Source: a virus. From it: 64,000 nucleotides of DNA. The notes beneath the pieces are model-generated. The model was not told the DNA's origin, made no database searches, and saw nothing but the letters and a program-made list of their open reading frames with translations. Of this stretch, positions 49,179 through 60,900 are shown in pieces. Each line of letters begins with the position of its first letter. The stretch's first letter is position 1. The translations under genes and the position numbers were made by a program. Where the stretch lies: IMG/VR virus record IMGVR_UViG_3300032236_001232, positions 64,001 through 128,000 of that record; one strand, written 5' to 3'.

Positions 49179-49239
49179 TACCACGGGTTATTAAGTTAGC
49201 AGTTTATTTAACGGTAAATACACAGTAAAGGAGTGGTTT

Positions 49240-50025
49240 ATGGCTACCGGTGATGAAATTGTAGGTGTTATTGACAAGTTTGGAGGACGGGCCTTAGGTG
49301 ATGCTGCCAGGAATGTTCAAGGGCTTACTCGCAGTGCTCAAGCATTGGTCAATAAAGTCAAAGGCATAGGTTTACCAACTGCTAAAGTTAACGTCACGGG
49401 TGTGTCTGGAAAAGCACTAGGTGCAGACATGCGGGTAAGGATTAAAGTTCCTGCTGATTATCTAGATTATGTTGGTGTAGGTGGGTTAGTAGATCCTTCT
49501 TTCTCTTTATATAATGTAGGCGGAATAATTTTTCCATATACTCCGCAGATTTCGTATGACAATAAAGCAGATTATGCGGCAGTGACTCCTACACACAGTA
49601 ATTATACACAGTATTTTTATAAAAACAGTTCTGTAACTGATATCAATATCATAGGAAAGTTTACAGTTCAAAATGAAACAGATGCTTATATATTATTATC
49701 AACAATACATTTATTAAAAGCACTAACTAAAATGAGAGCAGGTGGGGAGGATAATAGCGGAGCACCTCCTCCTGTATGTAGATTATATGCTTATGGTCAG
49801 CAAATGCTTGATGAAACTCCTGTAGTTATTAAATCTTTTAGAATAGAATTGCCAGATGGTGTGGATTATTTTACAGTGAATAAATCGGGTTCATCTAACA
49901 AAGCATCTGTGCCTACTTCTTGCACTATTACATTAAATTGTGCCGTGGTATATAGTAGGAATGAAATTAAAAACTTTACAGTTCAAAATTGGTTAGCAAC
50001 TGGAAGGACTAAAGGATATCTATAA
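49240..50025 (+). CDS. Baseplate/tail-tube initiator-like protein
   Basis: IIFPYTP, GAPPPVCRLYAYG and PVVIKSF pattern of contractile-tail tube initiators; first gene of the baseplate operon. Confidence 0.6.
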   Translation: MATGDEIVGVIDKFGGRALGDAARNVQGLTRSAQALVNKVKGIGLPTAKVNVTGVSGKALGADMRVRIKVPADYLDYVGVGGLVDPSFSLYNVGGIIFPYTPQISYDNKADYAAVTPTHSNYTQYFYKNSSVTDINIIGKFTVQNETDAYILLSTIHLLKALTKMRAGGEDNSGAPPPVCRLYAYGQQMLDETPVVIKSFRIELPDGVDYFTVNKSGSSNKASVPTSCTITLNCAVVYSRNEIKNFTVQNWLATGRTKGYL

Positions 50026-50324
50026 TGGCACTATACGATAACAACAGCCCTTATGCTAAGACAGATTATTCATTAGGATATTTGGATGTTCAAGTATTTC
50101 GAGATATTCCACAATCTGTCGATGATGTGCTATTCACAGTGGGCAAAGAATATGAGAATCGTCCGGACCTGTTGGCATATGATCTGTATCAAACACCTAG
50201 CCTCTGGTGGGTATTTGGTGTGAGGAATAAAGACATACTTCGAGATCCTGTTTTTGATCTAGTAGCCGGAGTAAAAATTTATGTTCCTACTCAGGCTACT
50301 TTAACATCTGCCTTGGGAAATTAA
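50025..50324 (+). CDS. gp53: Baseplate wedge protein (gp53/LysM-like)
   Basis: RPDLLAYDLY....LWWVF..RN. Confidence 0.8.
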   Translation: MALYDNNSPYAKTDYSLGYLDVQVFRDIPQSVDDVLFTVGKEYENRPDLLAYDLYQTPSLWWVFGVRNKDILRDPVFDLVAGVKIYVPTQATLTSALGN

Positions 50325-50325
50325 A

Positions 50326-52557
50326 GTGGGATTTAATACAGTAAGAGGTGGGCATGGTGACACACTAATCCCTTCAATTGGTATAACAAAAACCCCCGAG
50401 GTTAGTAGAGATACGCCTGCTGTAGTTAAACCTGTTTCTAATATTTTAAACATTGAATCTTCGGGAAATACCAATGTTTTAAACAGTTACAGATCCTACA
50501 CTTATAACTTTACCTTGTCTGCTGTTAGTATTAAAAAGGCTAACGATCCTGAAAATTATAGAAAAAGTTCTCAAGATTTTGTAATTTTAAAATCGGGAGG
50601 AAAAGGATCTCAGGGATTAACCGGAGATGTAACAGGCTCCCCGATGTATCGGACAGACACATCAATATCAACTGAAACCAGCGATGGCGATGGGTTCAAA
50701 GTTAGAAACAAAACCACTAAAGTTCTTACAGGGTTTGATCGACAATCGGCTCAAAAGTTAGTTCAAGAATTTAACAAAAAAAGCCCCGGTCGATTTGACA
50801 TGTATATTGATAATGTTGAAATAACAACTATTATGGCACCTAACAAGGCTGGCGGTCTTACACTACCTACTAACGTATCTTTCGATGTCTTTGAGCCATA
50901 TAGTATTAATGGATTTATTGAAGCATTACAAGTATCGGCACAGGCCGCAGGATACGACGTTTATTCTAATGCCAGTTTTTTATTGAAGATTGATTTTATA
51001 GGTTATAAAGACGATGTAGATCTTCCTAAACCTGAATCTATTCCTAATACATCCCGATATTTTTTAATTCGATTTACAGGAATGAGTATAGAAGTAACAG
51101 AAAACGGGACAAAATATTCATGCACCGCCGTGCCATTTGCCGATAAGGGATTTGGCGAGGAAGGTAAGATTCAATCTTCGGCATCGATGACAGGATCTAA
51201 GGTCGGCAGTGCATTAAAAAATTTAATGGAAATTTTAAGTAACAGAATTAATACCAGTGAAGCTACCAATAAGGATGACACTGAGTCGGATTCATATGAA
51301 ATAAAATTTCCTAAATGGAACGCTGGTAGTGGATGGGATCTAAAAAGTGAAGAAGAAAACGAAATTGCTGGATTTGACATATCGTATGGACATAAAGGCG
51401 GTGATCTGGTTAGATTTATTCGGCACGATGCCGTTAGCACCACCACATCAATAGCCGAAGCGTTAGGGACAACATCTACCGCTCCTACGATACAGTTTAA
51501 AGAAGGTGATAATATTCATGATATTATTACAGCCACTATAAGAGATAGTGCGTATGTCAGAACAAAATTAGATACCATAGGGCAAACTGGAAACCCTGAT
51601 AGTTATGGCAGAGTTAAATATTTTCTTATCAGGCTACATGTTGAAAATAAAGAAAAAATTAATTCGCCAAAGGGAAGACCTTATCAAAAATTCACTTATA
51701 TAGTTACGGAACATTACGTTCATTATACTTTTATTCCTACATACGGAAATAGTCAAAATATAGATAAATCTAAATTAAAAACACTGGTATTAAGAGACTA
51801 CAATTATATCTATACAGGAAAGAATGTAGATATAACTTCTTTCAAATTGGATTACAATTATCTATATTTTGAAGCTATTCCTAAAGCATTAGGAAGAAAT
51901 AACGATTCGAGCTTGGCCAATGCAACTAGTAAAAGCAACGCCAAGGAAGAGATCAGGACAATTCCGATAGATACTGAAGCCGGTCGAGCAGAAACCGCTT
52001 CAAATTCGGAAAGAAATAAAGTTCAGGTTGGAAATGAAATAACTGGTAATCAGCCCAACTCCGACCCATACACTGCTATGGCAAAAAATATGCACTTAGC
52101 CTTGGTAAATTCTGTCAGTAGAGTATCTGGGGATTTAGAAATTATTGGAGATCCTTTTTACCTTGTCACTGGGGGTATTGGAAATTATAATCCCAAGCCG
52201 AGTGAAACTCAACAGGGTGTTACCAAGGATAACGAAGCCGACAGGTTTTATGGTCAGTTATTAGTATCATTGACATTTAAAAATCCGATTGATATTGATG
52301 AAAGAACTGGTTCCCTTAAATTTGAACCAAGTTCGGCAGATGCCAGTGGAGTTTTTATGGTAACAGAAGCTACTAGTTCATTTAGAGAAGGATTATTCAA
52401 ACAAAAATTAAAAATTATAAGGGTTCCTGGGCAATTGCCGGATGGAAATAAAATTACCAATCCTGCAGATTCTAATATCACTGATCAAGATCCTTCTAAA
52501 CAGGCAGCTCCTGTTGCTGATGTTAAGATAAATCCTTTCGGGGTGGCAGCAATTTAA
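50326..52557 (+). CDS. Baseplate hub protein (gp27-like by position)
   Basis: 743 aa immediately upstream of the gp5-like gene; LEIIGDP and G.F.V...S.F..G.F.Q.L C-terminal pattern. Confidence 0.6.
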   Translation: MGFNTVRGGHGDTLIPSIGITKTPEVSRDTPAVVKPVSNILNIESSGNTNVLNSYRSYTYNFTLSAVSIKKANDPENYRKSSQDFVILKSGGKGSQGLTGDVTGSPMYRTDTSISTETSDGDGFKVRNKTTKVLTGFDRQSAQKLVQEFNKKSPGRFDMYIDNVEITTIMAPNKAGGLTLPTNVSFDVFEPYSINGFIEALQVSAQAAGYDVYSNASFLLKIDFIGYKDDVDLPKPESIPNTSRYFLIRFTGMSIEVTENGTKYSCTAVPFADKGFGEEGKIQSSASMTGSKVGSALKNLMEILSNRINTSEATNKDDTESDSYEIKFPKWNAGSGWDLKSEEENEIAGFDISYGHKGGDLVRFIRHDAVSTTTSIAEALGTTSTAPTIQFKEGDNIHDIITATIRDSAYVRTKLDTIGQTGNPDSYGRVKYFLIRLHVENKEKINSPKGRPYQKFTYIVTEHYVHYTFIPTYGNSQNIDKSKLKTLVLRDYNYIYTGKNVDITSFKLDYNYLYFEAIPKALGRNNDSSLANATSKSNAKEEIRTIPIDTEAGRAETASNSERNKVQVGNEITGNQPNSDPYTAMAKNMHLALVNSVSRVSGDLEIIGDPFYLVTGGIGNYNPKPSETQQGVTKDNEADRFYGQLLVSLTFKNPIDIDERTGSLKFEPSSADASGVFMVTEATSSFREGLFKQKLKIIRVPGQLPDGNKITNPADSNITDQDPSKQAAPVADVKINPFGVAAI

Positions 52558-52561
52558 TATT

Positions 52562-54094
52562 ATGGATTTTGTAGATACCAGAACTAGATCAAAATTAGGA
52601 TCACCAGGTCCCTTTATTGGTATAATAACCAATAACTTAGATCCCACCTTTATGGGCAGATTAGAAGTGGCGTTGATTAAAGGATTATACCCTGATCCGA
52701 CCGAACAAGCAAACACTTATATTGTAAAATATCTCAGCCCATTCTATGGAGCAACCTCGGACAAGTATCAAGGTCCTAATGGTGCAGATTTCAAAGATGT
52801 TCAAAAAAGCTATGGTATGTGGATGGTTCCGCCTGATATAGGAACTAGGGTATTGGTTATATTCATTGACGGAGATACTAACCAGGGATATTGGATTGGT
52901 TGCGTTATGGATCAATTTCAAAATCACATGGTTCCGGGTATTGCTGCCAGCGATACTGCGTTTACATCAGAAGAACAAAAAAGACAATATACAGATGGTC
53001 CATTACCTGTTGGCGAATTTCTTAAATCTACACAGATTGAAAATGCCGGACCTAATGTTAATAAGTTTAAAAAACCACTACATCCTTTTGCTGAACGACT
53101 TAGGGACCAGGGATTGCTAGCAGATGATATTAGAGGAATAACATCTAGTTCAGCAAGGCGTGAAGCACCTAGTAAAGTATTTGGTATCAGCACACCTGGC
53201 CCGCTTGACCCTAATGGTAAAAAGGCTGATGTTGGTTATAAAGGGCACAGCAAGCTTCAACCAGTTAGTCGACTCGGTGGGACTACCTTTGTCATGGATG
53301 ACGGCGACGAAAAAGGTGACAATGAGTTGATGAGGATTCGAACTAGAACTGGTCATCAAATACTATTTCATAATACACACGATTTAATTTACATTGCCAA
53401 TAGTCGAGGAACAGCTTGGATAGAATTAACCAGCGACGGTAAGATTGATATATACTCTCGAGACTCTATCAGCATACATTCTGAAGCAGATTTTAATTTC
53501 AGAGCCGACCGAGATATTAATTTAGAAGCAGGAAGAAATATCAACATACACTCAGTTGGGGATTTCAATATCAATACTGATAACAATCATAATGTTATAG
53601 TAGGAGTTGATGGTAAAATTCAATTCAAAGGCAATTTAGACCAATCAGTAACCGGCAGCACAAAAATAAAATCTGATGCTGGGTTTGATCTCAAAGTAGT
53701 AGGAGACATTAAACAAACCGCCTCTGGTAATTTTAATATTGCAGCCGGAGGAAATAATAATTTTTCAGCCAATGGTAATACTAATATTTCTACACAGGGT
53801 CAACATTTAGAATCTGCCAAAGCAATTCATATGAATGGTCCTACGGCAGCCACAGCTTCTCCTGCCGCATCGGCTACAACACCAACTTCTTTAGACAAAT
53901 ACAGTTTGCCAAATACAGATCCTTCTGTGGGGTGGGCAGGAAAGCATTATACAACCACAAACATGGTCAGTATTATGCAACGTGTTCCGGTGCATGAACC
54001 TTGGATACAACACGAAAATAACACAAATAGGGTTAAGGTTAACTCCACTGCCACTGATGTGTTAACAGGAACAGCGAACAAAAAAGCTGAATAA
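52562..54094 (+). CDS. gp5: Baseplate central spike (gp5/VgrG OB-fold plus beta-helix)
   Basis: DPTFMGRLEV, GMWMVPPDIGTRVLVIF.DG...GYWIG, RTRTGHQI, beta-helix repeats. Confidence 0.85.
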   Translation: MDFVDTRTRSKLGSPGPFIGIITNNLDPTFMGRLEVALIKGLYPDPTEQANTYIVKYLSPFYGATSDKYQGPNGADFKDVQKSYGMWMVPPDIGTRVLVIFIDGDTNQGYWIGCVMDQFQNHMVPGIAASDTAFTSEEQKRQYTDGPLPVGEFLKSTQIENAGPNVNKFKKPLHPFAERLRDQGLLADDIRGITSSSARREAPSKVFGISTPGPLDPNGKKADVGYKGHSKLQPVSRLGGTTFVMDDGDEKGDNELMRIRTRTGHQILFHNTHDLIYIANSRGTAWIELTSDGKIDIYSRDSISIHSEADFNFRADRDINLEAGRNINIHSVGDFNINTDNNHNVIVGVDGKIQFKGNLDQSVTGSTKIKSDAGFDLKVVGDIKQTASGNFNIAAGGNNNFSANGNTNISTQGQHLESAKAIHMNGPTAATASPAASATTPTSLDKYSLPNTDPSVGWAGKHYTTTNMVSIMQRVPVHEPWIQHENNTNRVKVNSTATDVLTGTANKKAE

Positions 54095-54102
54095 ATATCA
54101 TC

Positions 54103-54540
54103 ATGTCATACAAAACATTAGTAATTACTACTCAAGATTCTATATATCAGCAGGCTGCAAAACAGGATCATTTTTACAAAGGATTCAGCACAGTCGATCC
54201 TACCAATAAGGGTAATAATCTCTATGACATTGATTTAATTAAACAAGATATTATAAATCACTTCAACACCAAGCGTGGTGAAAGGGTAATGAATCCTGCG
54301 TTCGGTAGCATTATTTGGGACCTGATCATGGAACCGTTAACAGACGAAACGACAGATCTTCTCAAAAATGATATTAAAACTATCTGCACAGCAGATCCTA
54401 GGGCAATTCCTTTACAAATGGATTTAACAGAATATCAGGATGGGTATCTATTAGAATTAACATTACAGATAGTAGGAACCGATCAATCTGCCAGTATGAG
54501 GGTATCATTTAATAGAGAAACCGGGATAGCCGTCCAATAA
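54103..54540 (+). CDS. gp25: Baseplate wedge subunit (gp25-like)
   Basis: IKQDIINHFNTKRGERVMNPAFGS, DPR. Confidence 0.9.
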   Translation: MSYKTLVITTQDSIYQQAAKQDHFYKGFSTVDPTNKGNNLYDIDLIKQDIINHFNTKRGERVMNPAFGSIIWDLIMEPLTDETTDLLKNDIKTICTADPRAIPLQMDLTEYQDGYLLELTLQIVGTDQSASMRVSFNRETGIAVQ

Positions 54541-54588
54541 TATATTCAGTTTATTACATCAATAAATACGATATCTACTATTAAAACC

Positions 54589-57500
54589 ATGATCCCATCG
54601 ACTAATAATAAACTGCTTGTAAGCGAAGATTGGAAAAAAATATATCAATCTTTTAGAAATGCTGACTTTAAAAGTTATGATTTCGAAACACTAAGAAGAA
54701 CGATGATTGCGTATCTTCAGGAAAATTATCCCGAAGACTTTAATGATTACATTGAAAGCAGTGAATATATTGCGTTAGTGGATCTTATTGCTTATCTTGG
54801 GCAGAATTTAAGTTTTCGTATTGATCTCAATGCTCGTGAAAATTTCTTAGAAACTGCTCAACGCAGAGATAGCATTTTACGGTTGGCGCAGTTGGTTAGT
54901 TATGTTCCTTCTCGCAATACCCCTGCATCAGGATTTCTCAAACTAAACTCAGTTGCTACAACTGATAATGTATTTGATGGTGCTGGCAATAATTTGGCCA
55001 ATACCACAGTTTTATGGAATGATTCAACCAATTCAAATTGGTATCAGCAGTTCATAGGCATTATAAATTCTGCCATCCCTGGCACATTTGTTTTTGGAAA
55101 GCCTTACGATAGGGCTACAATTGATGGGGTATTAACAGAGCAATATAGAATCGCCAGCACCAATAGCGATGTCCCTCTATACAGTTTTACCAAAAATGTA
55201 AATGGAACGTCGATGAATTTTGAAATTGTTCCGGCAAGTTTTTCTGGAGCAACTTCAATTTATGAAGAATCACCTAAGCCTGCTAATACATTCAGTTTTT
55301 TATATCGTAACGACAATAAAGGATTTAACAGCGCCAATAATGGATTCTTTGTTTATTTTCGACAGGGTAGTTTGAATAGATCTACCTTCAGTTTAGATCG
55401 TCCTGTGGCTAACGAAATTATTGGAATTAATTCTACCAATATCAATAACACCGATGTATGGTTATGGCAACTAGACGGAAACGGTAGTTATTCTACGCTA
55501 TGGAAAAAGGTTCCCGATGTAGTTGGAAACAACATCATTTATAACAGCACTGCTAAAGATGAAAGAAATATTTACAGCGTTACTTCAAGAGATCAAGATC
55601 AAATTGATTTAAATTTTGCCGACGGTAGTTTTGGTAATTTACCTAAAGGCCAGTTTGTAGTTTATTATCGTCAAAGTAACGGCCTTACCTATGTTATCAA
55701 GCCAGAACAAATGGGCGGTATTGTTATAGAAATACCTTATACCAACAAGCAAGGTCAAAGTCATACCTTAACAATGAATATGGGCCTTCGGTATACAGTT
55801 ACTAATAGTGCCGGTGCCGAAAGTAATACCAGTATTCAGAGCAAAGCACCTCAAGCATTCTATACACAAAACAGAATGGTCACAGCAGAGGATTATAATA
55901 TTGCTCCTCTAACATTGGGCAGTGATATATTAAAAGTTAAAAGTGTTAATAGAATCAGCAGCGGGTTGAGCAAATATTTTGACCTCAGTGACGTCAGTGG
56001 GAAATACAGCAAAACAAATATCTTTGCTGCCGACGGTATGATTTATAAAAACAATCACGAACAAATTTTTGAATTCAATGTTACCAATAGAAATGAAATA
56101 CTATCGATTTTAAAACAAAAATTAGAACCTATTGTAGCATCTCCTGCTTTGCGTTCATTTTATTTTGATCAATACGAACGACCTGAATTATTAAGTTATA
56201 ATCTATCTTGGCAAGTGCCTGTTATTGGGCAACCTCGAGGATATTTTCTAGGACAATCTGCAGAGTTGTCGGGCCCGTTAAATGTAGGATCGGTTACTTC
56301 AAACAACTTATCGTATATAACTACTGGAGCATTGGTAAAGTTTGCAGCGCCGGCTGGCAAGTATTTTTCTTCTTCGGGTAAGTTAGTTTCTAATTACGGA
56401 AGCAACACATCGAATTATATATGGGCTAAGATTTCACAGGTAATTGGAAACGGTTCTAATGACGGGCAAGGAGCATTAGATGACGGAACAGGGCCTATTG
56501 TTCTAAGTAATTACGTTGATAACAATGCTATTCCAGTTGAGATTATACCTAATTTTATCAATGTGCTTACCACTGCTTTTGAAAATGAATTGGTAAGTCT
56601 GTGTATCAACAAAAGAAATTTTGGATTAAGTTTTGATAAATTAACCAGGTCTTGGAATATTATTGTAGACACTAATTTAGATTTAATCAATCCATTTAGT
56701 CTAATATATCAAGGCAATATAGAAAATGCTAACAAAGATGCCAGTTGGATGATAGCATTTACATGGACAGGAAGTAATTACAAAGTTAGATATAGAATAA
56801 CAGATTATATTTTTGAAAGCAATAAAGAAACTGCTTTCTTCATAGATAATGATTCTATAAATTATGATTTTGTCAATAATAAAGTTGTAAAAGATCAAAT
56901 TAATGTATTATCAGTTAACACTGTTAATGCCGGAACATCCTCTTTAGATAAAGATTATCAATGGCAGATTGATGGATCTGTTATTGAAACAGATGGATAT
57001 GTAGAACCTAAAAAAGTTCGAGTAAGTTTCTATGATTATAATAGTTCTGGGCAGATAACCGACCCTGATTCATTCAGTAATATTGTAGATCCTAACGCAG
57101 TTAATTCCGGTAATAATCTGCACAATTTTGTTTACTTTAAAATTTCTTCAGATGGATTGCGGTATCAATTACAAGACAGTGAAATGTTTACACCATTTCC
57201 GACCCCGGAGAGTGTAACAACAACTCCTGCAGATGGTGACCTTTATTATTTTTATGATCAAGCATACAATGTCGTAAAAAGTTACTCTGTCGCACTAGAA
57301 GGCACACTGGATCCGTGGGTGTATGAGCCAGATTATTTTGCCTATCCTGGAAGATCTAATTTAAAATTTCATTATATCCATAACAGTGCAGAGGACAGAA
57401 GAATTGATCCTAGTAAGAGCAATATTATGGATGTTTACTTATTGACATCGTCGTATGATACTGCTTATAGGTCCTGGTTAATAACTGGTTCTGGAGCAGA

Positions 57501-57993
57501 ACCAATGGCACCGACTAGTCAAAGTCTAGAACAAAATTATGGTGGGAAATTAGATTCAATTAAAACCATAAGCGATGAAATTGTTTTTCAGCCGGTGCGA
57601 TATAAAGTTTTATTTGGAGATTTGGCAGATATCAATCTTCAGGCCAAGTTTAAAGCAGTAAAAAATCCAGCAATACCGGTTAGTGATAATGAATTGAAAA
57701 GCCGTATTTTAATTGCCATTCAGAATTTCTTCAGTTTAGAAAATTGGGATTTTGGTCAGAGCTTTTATTTCAGCGAGTTGTCTACATATATAATGAATGT
57801 TATGACTCCGGATATTACAAACTTTGTAATAGTTCCCAAGTCTAATAATAATTTTGGAAGTCTTTATGAAGTTGCCTGTATGACAAATGAATTGTTTATC
57901 AACGGTGCCACAGCAAATGATATAGAGATAATTTCAGCAATCACAGCAAGTCAGCTAAAAACCAGTTCAATTGTGACCAGTAGTGGAAATTAA
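54589..57993 (+). CDS. gp6: Baseplate wedge subunit (gp6-like, enlarged)
   Basis: YDFETLR, FNDYIESS, ENFLETAQRRDS, F.DG.FG, QNRMVTAEDY. Confidence 0.88.
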   Translation: MIPSTNNKLLVSEDWKKIYQSFRNADFKSYDFETLRRTMIAYLQENYPEDFNDYIESSEYIALVDLIAYLGQNLSFRIDLNARENFLETAQRRDSILRLAQLVSYVPSRNTPASGFLKLNSVATTDNVFDGAGNNLANTTVLWNDSTNSNWYQQFIGIINSAIPGTFVFGKPYDRATIDGVLTEQYRIASTNSDVPLYSFTKNVNGTSMNFEIVPASFSGATSIYEESPKPANTFSFLYRNDNKGFNSANNGFFVYFRQGSLNRSTFSLDRPVANEIIGINSTNINNTDVWLWQLDGNGSYSTLWKKVPDVVGNNIIYNSTAKDERNIYSVTSRDQDQIDLNFADGSFGNLPKGQFVVYYRQSNGLTYVIKPEQMGGIVIEIPYTNKQGQSHTLTMNMGLRYTVTNSAGAESNTSIQSKAPQAFYTQNRMVTAEDYNIAPLTLGSDILKVKSVNRISSGLSKYFDLSDVSGKYSKTNIFAADGMIYKNNHEQIFEFNVTNRNEILSILKQKLEPIVASPALRSFYFDQYERPELLSYNLSWQVPVIGQPRGYFLGQSAELSGPLNVGSVTSNNLSYITTGALVKFAAPAGKYFSSSGKLVSNYGSNTSNYIWAKISQVIGNGSNDGQGALDDGTGPIVLSNYVDNNAIPVEIIPNFINVLTTAFENELVSLCINKRNFGLSFDKLTRSWNIIVDTNLDLINPFSLIYQGNIENANKDASWMIAFTWTGSNYKVRYRITDYIFESNKETAFFIDNDSINYDFVNNKVVKDQINVLSVNTVNAGTSSLDKDYQWQIDGSVIETDGYVEPKKVRVSFYDYNSSGQITDPDSFSNIVDPNAVNSGNNLHNFVYFKISSDGLRYQLQDSEMFTPFPTPESVTTTPADGDLYYFYDQAYNVVKSYSVALEGTLDPWVYEPDYFAYPGRSNLKFHYIHNSAEDRRIDPSKSNIMDVYLLTSSYDTAYRSWLITGSGAEPMAPTSQSLEQNYGGKLDSIKTISDEIVFQPVRYKVLFGDLADINLQAKFKAVKNPAIPVSDNELKSRILIAIQNFFSLENWDFGQSFYFSELSTYIMNVMTPDITNFVIVPKSNNNFGSLYEVACMTNELFINGATANDIEIISAITASQLKTSSIVTSSGN

Positions 57994-57995
57994 TA

Positions 57996-60900
57996 ATGGC
58001 ATCTAAAGATATTAAATCGGTCAATTTACTACCTGAATTTCTAAGGACAGATAAGAATTCTAAATTCTTATCCAGCACCATTGATCAGTTGATCAATCCG
58101 GCGCAATTAGAAAGAATAGATGGGTATATAGGTTCTGCTATTACACCTAATTATGTTTCCACTAGCGATATCTATGTTTCAGAAACATCGCAGCTACGTA
58201 GAGACTACCAGCTCGAACCTGCTTGTATTGTAAAAGACAGTCTTGGAACCATAAACGATGTAATAGGTATCGATGATCTAACTAACGAGATCAGTCTTTA
58301 TGGCGGCCATGTTGATAATTTTGATAGATTATATAGAAGTAATTTTTACTCCTATGATCCTCATATTGATTGGGACAAATTTGTAAATTATCAAAATTAT
58401 TATTGGTTAGTAACCGGACCTGATAATTTTATCATTACTGGTAATAATCTCAACATAACAACGGATATACTTGGGCAACCAGCATATACCTATAACGGAA
58501 CTGCTCTGCTAAATGGTATGAAGGTTAGGTTCGAAGGAACAGTTTCTCCTGAGTCATATCTAGGGAAGGATTTTTTTGTCGAAGGTGTAGGAACTGGAAT
58601 AAAATTAATACCTTATGATAATTTAAGTTCTTCGGAAGCTATTACTACGCTGTATATTGAACACTTTGATGCCGATCCATTCGATGATTATCCTTTTGAT
58701 GGATATAAAAATCTACCAGAAACACCTGAATATATTACAATTAATAGAGCCAGTAGAGATTTAAATTCCTGGTCAAGATATAATCGGTGGGTTCATAAAG
58801 ATGTTATCCGGGTTAGTGCTGAGTCAACAAATCAACAACCGGTATATCCAGCTAACAAAAGAGCAAGACGTCCTATTATTGAATTTAAGGCAGATTTAAA
58901 ACTATATAATCACGGAAATGTAGGTATTCCTGATGTTGATTTAATAGATACTGTAACTACTGATGCGTTTAGTATTGTTGAAGGCTCGGCTGGTTATTAT
59001 GTTGATGGTATTCTGTTAGAACAAGGTCATACAGTTATTTTCACTGCCGATACAGATAGTCTAGTTCGCAGTAAAATTTATCAAGTTAATTATGTAATTA
59101 TTCAAGATAGAACAAGATTAGTTCTACAAGAAATAGCCGCACCTATTGCTGGATCTATAACCAGTGCTGTATTAGGTGATAAAAATTCTGGAACAAGCTG
59201 GTGGTTTGATGGTGATTATTGGGTCTATGCTCAACAACATACTACAGTAAATCAAGCACCCTTATTTGAGTTGTTTGATAATAAAGGACATAGTTATAGT
59301 GACATTAATTATTACAAGAGCAATTTTGCCGGTAATAAAATCTTTGGATACGAAATAGGAACTATATACGATCCTATTTTACAATTTAAAATAAAATATA
59401 GAAACAGCGTTGGAACAGGCAGCTATCTGTTTAAGAACTATTTCATGACAGATACCATTTCCATATCAGTTGATAGCCAAACTACTGACATAATTTCTAC
59501 AGGTATCACCTATTGTAAGTTTTCCACAGCCAACGGGGACACTTATGCCAATGTTTGGTCTTTAGCAGATCCTTATCCTATTCCTACACTGGTATCTCCT
59601 GTTACTGGTGATACTTATTACGAACCACCGTTAGGGTTAACCAATAATCCGCTAAACGGCGCAATTTCCAGTTTAACTCTAAGCGAAATAGCAGATCATG
59701 TAAACAATTCTTACCGTAGATTAATTTCAAATGTAAATCCTTTAGCATTTGCTCAATTGTTTATTGGTAAAAAAGAACACAGTTTAATTGATGCTATTGA
59801 TTTAGCTGCCGAACAATATAATCAATACAAGTTAGCATTCTTAAAGAAAATAGCTCAAATTGATAATCAAACAGATCCTGTGGCCGCTGTTGATCAAGCT
59901 CTTAATGAATTAAATTCTGATAAAGACACATTAAGTCCTTACTATTGGTCTGATATGGCTCCATATGGAACAGACAAGATAACGAGAAAATGGACAGTTA
60001 CCAATAGCAGAAATAAAATTTATTCAATCACGTCCGACTATGATCCAGCAGTGCTTTCTATGCGGGCAGTATTGGTCTATCTCAATAGAGTCCAACTACT
60101 ACGCGATATTGATTATACATTTGAAATCAATGATTCCAGTGTTAAAATATTAGTAGATCTTACAGTCGGGGATACCATTGTTATTGACGATTATACCAAT
60201 ACCGTGGGTAATTTTGTTCCATCAACTCCTACCAAGTTAGGTCTATATCCAAAATATACTCCTAAGATTTTTAATGATAACACTTACGTAGATCAGGAAA
60301 CTGTAGTCATTCAAGGTCATGATGGTAGTATAATGATTGCCTATAATGACTATAGAGATGCTATAATTTTAGAATTTGAAAAACGAATCTTCAATAATAT
60401 CAAGGCAGAATATCGCAGTGAGTTACTGGACTCTAACACCGTTATTCCGGGAGCATTTAGAAATACACAATTTACCGTTGACGAAATTAAAGCGATTATC
60501 AATGGAGAATTTAATAATTGGGCAGGAATAAATGGTATTGAAATTACCAATAATTCCGCATTTGATACGGGTAATCCATTTACCTGGAATTATACAAATA
60601 CCTATAATTCCAATATAGATGAAAATCTAATAGGTAGCTGGAGAGCAATTTACAAATATTTTTATGATACCGATCGTCCGCACACTGCTCCTTGGGAGAT
60701 GTTGGGTATTGCTATTAAACCTGATTGGTGGGACGATCTCTATGGTGTTGCTCCGTATACTAGCGGTAATACAGTGCTTTGGGAGGATATAGCAGCAGGT
60801 AGAATCAACGGAACTGTTAATACTTTATATGTTCGAGATGGTCTACTAGATCTATTACCAGTTGACGAGTACGGAGACCTAGTAGATCCTACCGAATTAA

